Source of the DNA: an uncultured Candidatus Saccharibacteria bacterium
GTDB lineage: Bacteria; Patescibacteriota; Minisyncoccia; Phycocordibacterales; UBA12445
Reading direction: 5' to 3'
Assembly (NCBI GenBank): GCA_964649715.1
Contig: CAZYTH010000003.1
Coordinates: 4,713 to 68,712, forward strand
DNA: 64,000 bases
The translations under genes were made by a program, and so were the position numbers. The notes under the pieces were generated by a model. It made no database searches, was not told where the DNA came from, and was given only the letters and a program-made list of their open reading frames with translations. Of the stretch, positions 56,632 to 64,000 are shown one piece after another (position 1 is the stretch's first letter; the number at the start of each line of letters is the position of its first letter).

Positions 56632-58686
56632 TTAAATTTTAAATTTTTGAAGCTCTTTAATCTCATCTCTCAAAATGGCGGCGGTCTCAAAATCAAGTAT
56701 TTTTACCGCTTCGTTCATTTGTCTTTCTTTTTCTTTTATTAGAGCCCTTGGATCTTTTTGGAGCAACACGCTATCTATTTCGAGAAGCCTCCCAACGGCT
56801 TTATTGTGCTTCATCTCGAGAGTATCAGTAATATCACTGATATTTTTCTTTATAGTCTTTGGTGTAATACCATTCTTTTTATTATATTCAAGCTGTCTCT
56901 TCCTTCTTCTGTTGGTCTCATCTATGGCTCTCTTCATGGAGCCGGTCATATTATCTGCATAAAGTATCACACGGCCATTCACGTTTCTTGCCGCTCTTCC
57001 TATTGTTTGAATAAGAGCAGTCTCTGAACGCAAAAATCCCTCCTTATCCGCATCCAAAATTCCAATGAGCGATACCTCGGGCAGATCGAGTCCTTCGCGA
57101 AGCAAGTTTACCCCGACAAGACAATCAAATTTACCTTTCCTAAATTCAGTTAAAATCTTTATCCTTTCTATCGTCTTTATGTCGCTATGCAAATATTCAG
57201 CTTTGATTTTTTTACCCTTTAGATAATCAGAAAATTCCTCCGCCATTTTCTTTGTAAGAGTAGTTACGAGGACGCGGTCGCCTTTTGCAATGGTTCTTTT
57301 AGTCTCTTCAATCAAATCTTTGACTTGACCGGGATACGAACACGGATTCCCGTCTGCACGAGAATGACAAACAGAAGGCATTATCGGCTTCACAAAAAGC
57401 TCAGGATCTATCAAGCCGGTTGGTCTAATTATCTGTTCCACTATCTGAGCAGATTTTTCTTTTTCATACTCATCAGGAGTTGCCGAGGTATAAATTATCT
57501 GACCGACCCTTTCGCTAAATTCATTGAATCTAAGAGGTCTATTATCAAGAGCGGACGGCAGTCTAAAACCAAACTCAATAAGTGTTTTTTTTCTTGATTG
57601 ATCACCGGCGTACATCCCTCTTATCTGAGGCACGGTAACATGTGACTCATCTATTATTGTAAGAAAATCAGGTTTTCCTTTTTCATCTTTAGGAAAATAA
57701 GAGAGCAAAGTATCTGGAGCCTCCCCGGCTTTCCTACCAGATAGATGTCTTGAGTAGTTTTCTACGCCGTTGCAGTATCCAACCTCATTTATCATCGCAA
57801 TGTCATAGTTGGTTCTTCTTTTTAGTCTTTCTGCTTCAAGTATTTTCTTTTCCTTTTTAAGCTGTCTTAATCTTTCGGCTAATTCTATCCCAATATCCTT
57901 AATAGCTCTCTCTCTTTCTTCTTGCGGAATTAAAAAGTGTTTTGCGGGAAATATGAAAACAGAACCCTCTTCTCCGATTATTTTTCTTGATATAGGATCT
58001 ATTAAGTGTATCTTTTCTATTTTTTGTGTCGAACCACCAGAAAGTTGAATACTCCAAATATTCTTCTCTGAAGATGGCATTATTTCAACAGTATTTCCTA
58101 TCGCACGAAATGTACCCGGAGACAGATCCGCTGTTGTTCTTTCAAAGTGAATAAAAACTAATTTCTTCAACAAAGAAATCCTCTCTACAACATCCCCCTT
58201 ATTGATCATTAAATTTTCCTCTTTGTATTCCCTTGGGTTTCCCAGGCCGTAAATACAAGACACAGAAGCAACAATTATCACATCCTTTCTCGAAAGAAGT
58301 GCTTGTGTTGAGGCGTGTCTTAATCTTTCTATCTCCTCATTAATTTTAGCGTCTTTTTCTATATAGGTATCAGTTATTGGCATATAAGCCTCCGGCTGGT
58401 AATAATCATAATAAGAAACAAAATAATGAACAGCATTATTTGGGAAAAATTGCCTGTATTCTTCTGCGAGCTGAGCAGCTAGGGTTTTATTGTGGGCAAT
58501 CACGAGTACTGGCTTATTAAATTTCTGAATTACATTTGCAATCGTAAACGTCTTACCCGATCCCGTAACCCCAAAAAGTGTCTGATGAGAAGAACCTTCT
58601 TTTAGTCCCTTAAGTAAACTTGAAATAGCTTCGGGTTGGTCTCCTGAAGGTTTAAATGGGCTATTAATTTTAAAGTTGTATTTCAT
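56632..58686 (-). CDS. uvrB: excinuclease ABC subunit B. The start is at MKYNFKINS.
   Basis: FKPSGDQPEAI and GVTGSGKTFT, helicase motifs, and a C-terminal UVR domain. Confidence 0.95.
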   Translation of the reverse strand: MKYNFKINSPFKPSGDQPEAISSLLKGLKEGSSHQTLFGVTGSGKTFTIANVIQKFNKPVLVIAHNKTLAAQLAEEYRQFFPNNAVHYFVSYYDYYQPEAYMPITDTYIEKDAKINEEIERLRHASTQALLSRKDVIIVASVSCIYGLGNPREYKEENLMINKGDVVERISLLKKLVFIHFERTTADLSPGTFRAIGNTVEIMPSSEKNIWSIQLSGGSTQKIEKIHLIDPISRKIIGEEGSVFIFPAKHFLIPQEERERAIKDIGIELAERLRQLKKEKKILEAERLKRRTNYDIAMINEVGYCNGVENYSRHLSGRKAGEAPDTLLSYFPKDEKGKPDFLTIIDESHVTVPQIRGMYAGDQSRKKTLIEFGFRLPSALDNRPLRFNEFSERVGQIIYTSATPDEYEKEKSAQIVEQIIRPTGLIDPELFVKPIMPSVCHSRADGNPCSYPGQVKDLIEETKRTIAKGDRVLVTTLTKKMAEEFSDYLKGKKIKAEYLHSDIKTIERIKILTEFRKGKFDCLVGVNLLREGLDLPEVSLIGILDADKEGFLRSETALIQTIGRAARNVNGRVILYADNMTGSMKRAIDETNRRRKRQLEYNKKNGITPKTIKKNISDITDTLEMKHNKAVGRLLEIDSVLLQKDPRALIKEKERQMNEAVKILDFETAAILRDEIKELQKFKI

Positions 58687-58984
58687 AATATTATTCCATA
58701 TTTTATACAACTTATCTTAATCTTTGTAAACAAAGAAGAAAAACCCTAGAACGTTTTTCTATCTCAAATAAGGCTAGCAATAAAATAATTTTAATTTTAT
58801 TCAGCAGAAGCGGTCTCGCTTATTTTTTCGTCTTCAACCAAAACCATAGGTGTATCAACTCTATTTATCGCAAGAAAAATACCCCCAAATAAAAACAAAA
58901 GGATAAAAGCCCACAAAAGTTTAATATTCATAAATATTTACTATAATCTTAATAATAAACCTACAGTGAATAAAAAACAAATAA

Positions 58985-59476
58985 TTATAAACCAGGGCAA
59001 TTAACAGCTTTTTGATATCCGGCGGACTCTGCCTCCTCGCGAGTTGAAAAACTTATTAAATTCGCCGATAATATTCTTCTTGCACCAATACAGTCCGACA
59101 AATAATATTTTGTGCCATTTCTTGATGCCACAAATATTTCTTTTTTATTATCGACTGCGGTCAAAACACCTTCCTCTCCGTCCCCAGAAAAACCATTTGA
59201 TTCGGGTTTCGTTGTATCTTTGATGGTAATTGGTGTTTTTCTCTCTGTTATCACCGAAAGCCTACCTATCCCGATTCCCAAAAAAATAGAAAAAAATATC
59301 AGTAAGATCAAAAAAAATTCTTCTAGAAACGAATGCTTCTTTTTTAAAAATTCCCTGATAAAAAAGATGGTCTTGTTGCCAATGTGCCGAAAATATGCCA
59401 TGAGGTTGCTTTTTTCTTTGAAATGCTTTAGTATTTCCATATCACAAAAGATTAATATATTTTTTATTAAAAGCAA
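58985..59476 (-). CDS. hypothetical membrane protein.
   Basis: Central transmembrane segment and a C-terminal YYLSDC...GY..A.NCPG region. Confidence 0.4.
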   Translation of the reverse strand: MLLIKNILIFCDMEILKHFKEKSNLMAYFRHIGNKTIFFIREFLKKKHSFLEEFFLILLIFFSIFLGIGIGRLSVITERKTPITIKDTTKPESNGFSGDGEEGVLTAVDNKKEIFVASRNGTKYYLSDCIGARRILSANLISFSTREEAESAGYQKAVNCPGL

Positions 59477-59545
59477 AATCTATAAACTGATTTTCCAGTA
59501 TTATCGTGGACTTTCTGTCTTTATAGATTTTATGAAATAAACATT

Positions 59546-59818
59546 ATGGCACATACAAAAGCTGGCGGTAGCGCAAAAAACCTTACCGACTCAAAACCAA
59601 AATATCTCGGGACAAAACTTTACGCCGGAGAAAAAGCTAAAGTGGGATCTATTATAATCAGACAAAGAGGCTCTGTTATTATGTCTGGGGAAAATACAAA
59701 AATGGGAAAAGATCACACAATATTTGCGATAAAAGAGGGAATCGTATTTTTTAATACCAAAAGAAAGAAGAGCTTTGACGGAAAAACTCATATAAAAAAA
59801 GTTGTGAATGTAAAATAG
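59546..59818 (+). CDS. rpmA: ribosomal protein bL27.
   Basis: MAHTKAGGSAKN...IIRQRGS. Confidence 0.85.
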   Translation: MAHTKAGGSAKNLTDSKPKYLGTKLYAGEKAKVGSIIIRQRGSVIMSGENTKMGKDHTIFAIKEGIVFFNTKRKKSFDGKTHIKKVVNVK

Positions 59819-59875
59819 TCAAAACAAACCATGATTTTAAAAAGCTACCTAAGTTAGGTAGCTTTTTGTTATTAT

Positions 59876-60349
59876 TCATTTCACTTTATAAGGACAATTA
59901 ATTCTTGAATCTAAACGATCATTTTCGATTTGAGAAATAATAATACCAAACATTTTCTGACGATCTTTCCTTTTTGGCATCTCAATCAATTTTCTCAGAA
60001 TACTTTTTTCACCCGCTCGTGTTATGGCGTTGGGATAATTATATCGTTGTTGTGTCGGATATCTTCCATTAAAAAAAGTCACAGAAACACTGACCACAAG
60101 AAATTCAGAATTTATTGTATCGTCATCCTTCAAATAATAAGCAACATTCTTTTCATGGCGATTCGCTCCGTCAGATATGCAAAATTCATCGGAAACGTAA
60201 TAATATATATTATATTTTTCACCGTCGAGCACAACTTCAACCTTCCGATACTCAAAAGACTGAGGTGTTCCTAAAAAGTAAAAGATTAAATAACATATCA
60301 AATAGAGAACAAAAAAAAGGAAAAAAGCCAAAATAATTTGCATCTGCAA
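59876..60349 (-). CDS. hypothetical membrane-anchored protein.
   Basis: N-terminal transmembrane segment. Confidence 0.4.
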   Translation of the reverse strand: MQMQIILAFFLFFVLYLICYLIFYFLGTPQSFEYRKVEVVLDGEKYNIYYYVSDEFCISDGANRHEKNVAYYLKDDDTINSEFLVVSVSVTFFNGRYPTQQRYNYPNAITRAGEKSILRKLIEMPKRKDRQKMFGIIISQIENDRLDSRINCPYKVK

Positions 60350-60474
60350 CCGCCTTTCTTTTTAATTATCGAATTGATTTTATTTTAAAAAAACAAGTCT
60401 TCAAGTAAAATACCACAATATCATAGAAAACAAAAATGCCCCTTTGATTTACAAAGGGGCATTGATTTTGTTTT

Positions 60475-60915
60475 CTATTCTTTCGCCGCATTTATCTTCA
60501 ATTTTACCTTATGGTTTTTGTTGCCAATTTTTATCAGAAAATCATGATCACCTTCTGTTTTTATTGGATTCTCTATATCTATTTCCTTGGGACCAATCAC
60601 AATTCCCAAATCAACCAAAGATGAGATAATGTCTTCTTTTTTTATGGCAGCAAACAATCCACCATCTTTATTCCCCTTGGCAACTATACACAAATCGTTG
60701 ATACCTTTTATCTTTTCTAGCAACAGTGTCTCTTTATTTTTCTGGTCTTCATCCGCCTTCTTCTTCATCGCGTCTATTTTTTTAATAATTTTTTCATCAG
60801 CAATCTCAGCCAATTTATTTTTCAAAAGATAATTCCTAGCATAACCATCCGAGACATCTTTTACCTCAAACCTTTTTCCAATCTTGGGAACATCATTTAA
60901 AAGTATGACTTTCAT
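60475..60915 (-). CDS. rplI: ribosomal protein bL9.
   Basis: MKVILLNDVPKIGKRFEVKDVSDGYARNYL. Confidence 0.85.
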   Translation of the reverse strand: MKVILLNDVPKIGKRFEVKDVSDGYARNYLLKNKLAEIADEKIIKKIDAMKKKADEDQKNKETLLLEKIKGINDLCIVAKGNKDGGLFAAIKKEDIISSLVDLGIVIGPKEIDIENPIKTEGDHDFLIKIGNKNHKVKLKINAAKE

Positions 60916-61049
60916 TAATATTACTTAACTAATTATTATTAAATCTAATTAAAAGTAATATAGTTTAATTAATTAAAAATGTAAATATCAAAAATCAAAA
61001 TTACAATTTAAAATTTAAAATTATCTGGTCAACTTTGCGTACGAAACAG

Positions 61050-62396
61050 TTACTTTCCTTTCAATAAATATTCCACCGCCCTATTTAACTGAGGGTCAAT
61101 TCCAGCAGAAAAATCTTCTTTCGTAAAAGGAACAACAATGTCGGGAGTTAAACCAAAATCAGAAATAGAATGCCCATTTGGAGTCAACCACTTAGCAACT
61201 GTTATCTTCAAAAAAGTATTATCTGTTACAGGAATCAACTCCTGAACCGAACCTTTTCCAAAGGTTTTTTCACCCACCAATTTCGCAATATCATGTTCCC
61301 TTAAAGCCCCAGCCAATATTTCGGAAGCGGAAGCAGAACCCATATCAACCAATATAACCATTCTTAAATTTTTATTAAAAATATCATAACCCTTGCTTCT
61401 GTGTACTCTATCGGGAATATTGCTGTTCTTGCCAAATGCCTCTGTTACAACAACTTTTCCTGGGGAAAGAAACCAACTGGCCATATCCACAGAAGCTTCA
61501 AGATATCCACCAGGATTACCCCTAAGATCCAAAAGTAGCTTGTCTGAGCCGGATAAAATAAATTTTTTCAAAGCCTCTCTAAAAAGATCTGCAGAAGGAG
61601 CAGAGAAATTAAAAAGTCTTATAACAAAAATACCATCATCTCGAAGACCATTACCTGAATTATTACCTCTGATGGGGTTTCCATCTTTAGCCTTACCATT
61701 ACCTAATTGAATTGTAGGAATATCTATCGTGTCTCTTGTTATCTTAAAATCAATCAAATCTTCTTCCCCCTCTCTCGCAACCTTAAAAGATATTGATGTT
61801 CCTTTCTTGCCCCTTATCAAAGATACTGCTTCTTCTGTGCTCATTCCAAAAGTACTTTTGTCTTCGATAGAGACAATCTTGTCTCCAGCTCTTACTCCAG
61901 CTCTTTTGGCGGGTGTACCTTCAAGTGGAGCCACGATGGTTATAACACTATCCTTTATTCCAAGCTCCATCCCAACCCCCTCAAAAGTTCCGCTTATTTC
62001 ACTCTGAAAACTTTTTGCTTGCTCTGGTGGCATAAAAACTGAATAGGGATCACCAAGCGAACCAACCAACCCAGATATGGCGCCCCAAACCTTATCTTGA
62101 TCTGACGGCATCCTTTTGGCCAAAGTCGATGTAGCAGAGGACGTCGCAGTGATAGCAATATCTTCATTAAAAACATCGCCATTAACATATTTTTGATTTA
62201 TAAGATTCCACGCCTTCCAAAAAGGAGCAAAATCAGTCTCAACGGGAATAATGGGTTCTTTGTTCTTTAATGTAATAGCTTTTTCTATTTCCGGACGAGA
62301 ATCATATCCGACACCCATACCCAAAAGAAAAGAAACCCCGATAACCAAGATAGAAACAAAAAAAGAATTTATTTTTTTCCAATCAAACATAAACAA
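61050..62396 (-). CDS. ctpA: C-terminal processing peptidase (S41).
   Basis: PDZ domain followed by LDLRGNPGG and the Ser/Lys catalytic region. Confidence 0.85.
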   Translation of the reverse strand: MFMFDWKKINSFFVSILVIGVSFLLGMGVGYDSRPEIEKAITLKNKEPIIPVETDFAPFWKAWNLINQKYVNGDVFNEDIAITATSSATSTLAKRMPSDQDKVWGAISGLVGSLGDPYSVFMPPEQAKSFQSEISGTFEGVGMELGIKDSVITIVAPLEGTPAKRAGVRAGDKIVSIEDKSTFGMSTEEAVSLIRGKKGTSISFKVAREGEEDLIDFKITRDTIDIPTIQLGNGKAKDGNPIRGNNSGNGLRDDGIFVIRLFNFSAPSADLFREALKKFILSGSDKLLLDLRGNPGGYLEASVDMASWFLSPGKVVVTEAFGKNSNIPDRVHRSKGYDIFNKNLRMVILVDMGSASASEILAGALREHDIAKLVGEKTFGKGSVQELIPVTDNTFLKITVAKWLTPNGHSISDFGLTPDIVVPFTKEDFSAGIDPQLNRAVEYLLKGK

Positions 62397-62628
62397 AATA
62401 TAAAATTAAATTTTACTAGGATAAATAATTATGACACAAATCAACGGTTTGATACAAGCACCGATATCCAACGAGGGTATGGACTTATTTATTTTTTAGG
62501 TTATACTGTCTCCTATTATTAAATAACACTGTTCATTTCTTACTTTAAGGTCACGAAGTTGAACAGGACCCCCTTGTTCCATTAAAAGGGAATGTCCCAA
62601 ATAATAAAACGGGGAAAATGGTAAAAAA

Positions 62629-63780
62629 ATGTCAACACTTTTAGATAAAATTTCGAGTGCAAGAAATGCACACTTCATGGAGAAGGTCTTAAAAGACGCT
62701 CCTGTGGCCCTGCAAATGGGTCAGCTTGTAGAGGGAAGAGTTATTGGTCACGACAAACTAAGACTCTATATAGACATTAAACCTTTTGGAACCGCGCTTA
62801 TCTATGGAAGAGAATATTTAAACGCAAGAGACGTAATCAAAAACACAAAAGAGGGTGATTCCATTACAGCGAAAATAGTTGAGCCAGAGACAGAAGATGG
62901 TTATATTGGACTTTCGCTAAAAGAAGCAAGGCAGGCTGTTGTATGGGGGGAAGCAGAGGACGCCATAAAAAACAAAACGGCATTTGAACTTTTAGTAAAA
63001 GACGCTAATAAGGGCGGACTAATGCTAGACTGGCAAAATATTTCTGGTTTTTTGCCTGCTTCACAATTAAAAGAAGAACATTATCCAAGAATAAGCGACG
63101 GCAACAAAGACAGAATATTAGATGAGCTAAGAAAACTCGTCGGAAAGAAGATTTTTGTCAATATAATCGGTGCTACTCCGAAAGAAGATAAACTAATTTT
63201 CTCAGAAAAAAATGTCGATCAAAAAGATCGAACTGAGCTTGTGGAAAAATACAAAGTCGGAGATGTCCTAGACGGAGAAGTCACTGGTGTCGTTGATTTT
63301 GGAATTTTTGTTAAAGTTGAAAGTGGACTAGAGGGACTAGTACATATTTCAGAACTGGACTGGTCTCTAGTAGAAAATCCAAGAAAATTATTCAGTGTCG
63401 GAGATAAAGTTAAGGTTCAAGCGATAGAAATAAAAGATGGGAAAATATCACTCTCTATAAAATCCTTAAAAGAAAACCCATGGAAAAATGCTGAGTCGAA
63501 ATACAAAAAAGGGATGAAGGTTTCAGGGCTTCCAATAAAATACAATAAACACGGCGTACTTGTAAGCATTGAAGAAGGCGTTGCTGGTCTTGTCCATATC
63601 TCAAATTTTGGTACAGAAGATGTTATGAAGCAAAAACTCGAGCTTGGTAAAAGCTACGACTTTACAATAAACTTATTTGAACCAAAAGACCAAAGAATGA
63701 CGCTCGTTCTTGCTGGACAAGAAACAAAAGAAGAAAAATCGGGAGAGAAAAAAGAAGAAACAAAAAAGAAAGAGGAATAG
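62629..63780 (+). CDS. rpsA: ribosomal protein bS1-like with four S1 repeats.
   Basis: Repeated S1 OB-fold motifs (GQLVEGRVI..., GDVLDGEVTGVVDFGIFVKV..., GDKVKVQAIEI...). Confidence 0.8.
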   Translation: MSTLLDKISSARNAHFMEKVLKDAPVALQMGQLVEGRVIGHDKLRLYIDIKPFGTALIYGREYLNARDVIKNTKEGDSITAKIVEPETEDGYIGLSLKEARQAVVWGEAEDAIKNKTAFELLVKDANKGGLMLDWQNISGFLPASQLKEEHYPRISDGNKDRILDELRKLVGKKIFVNIIGATPKEDKLIFSEKNVDQKDRTELVEKYKVGDVLDGEVTGVVDFGIFVKVESGLEGLVHISELDWSLVENPRKLFSVGDKVKVQAIEIKDGKISLSIKSLKENPWKNAESKYKKGMKVSGLPIKYNKHGVLVSIEEGVAGLVHISNFGTEDVMKQKLELGKSYDFTINLFEPKDQRMTLVLAGQETKEEKSGEKKEETKKKEE

Positions 63781-63848
63781 AGCGAGGTTTCAGTAAAAAG
63801 GAATATTTAATTTTAATATTCCAAATTCTATCCCAATACTCAACCAAA

Positions 63849-63888
63849 AACAACAAAACCCCACTTTTTTGGGGTTTTGTTGTTTTTG
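63849..63888 (+). terminator. intrinsic terminator after rpsA.
   Basis: AACAACAAAACCCCA...TGGGGTTTTGTTGTT followed by TTT. Confidence 0.65.
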
Positions 63889-64000
63889 ATAAAAATTTTT
63901 TTAATTATAGAGGCTCATAGCCTTCTCTCTACCCTCTTTTATCATCACCGTTGTAGCTGTGGCCAGTCTCTTGCTTATTTTTTTTAAATCCTCCATTTCT

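Overview
This 64 kb window appears to be a compact, AT-rich bacterial chromosome segment whose gene content and style are consistent with a small-genome, CPR/Patescibacteria-like organism; this is an inference, not a database result. Most of the window is housekeeping: ftsQ-like, serS, dprA, topA, a short RelA/SpoT, parB, an Fe/Mn-SOD-like gene, maf, gap, an mltG-like gene, rnc, a NusB-NUDIX fusion, rpmF, a KH protein, rpsP, mnmA, a degenerate priA, def-fmt, a cyclophilin, rnr, a short SMC-like ATPase, uvrA, uvrB, rpmA, rplI, ctpA and rpsA. Three things stand out. (1) A roughly 13.5 kb integrated element begins at tRNA-Ala(GGC) at about 25.34 kb and ends before mnmA at 38.9 kb. It carries a large serine recombinase, a 1.75 kb ORF-free structured region, an RNase H-like gene with an in-frame TAG, a DEDD exonuclease/Smr/unknown/SppA operon, a 928-aa secreted protein with eight thrombospondin-type-1-like repeats fused to a trypsin-like protease, and phage-like genes (ERF-like, AbrB-like, ArdC-N-like). 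(2) The tRNA-Leu(CAA) locus is flanked by a partial 5' tRNA duplicate carrying a 20-nt palindromic insert, a small GIY-YIG gene, a 3' tRNA duplicate and a GC-rich structured segment. (3) GC-rich hairpin repeats of the GTCATT...GGAATCC type and an approximately 850 bp GC-rich island are scattered through otherwise AT-rich DNA. No CRISPR array or rRNA was seen.
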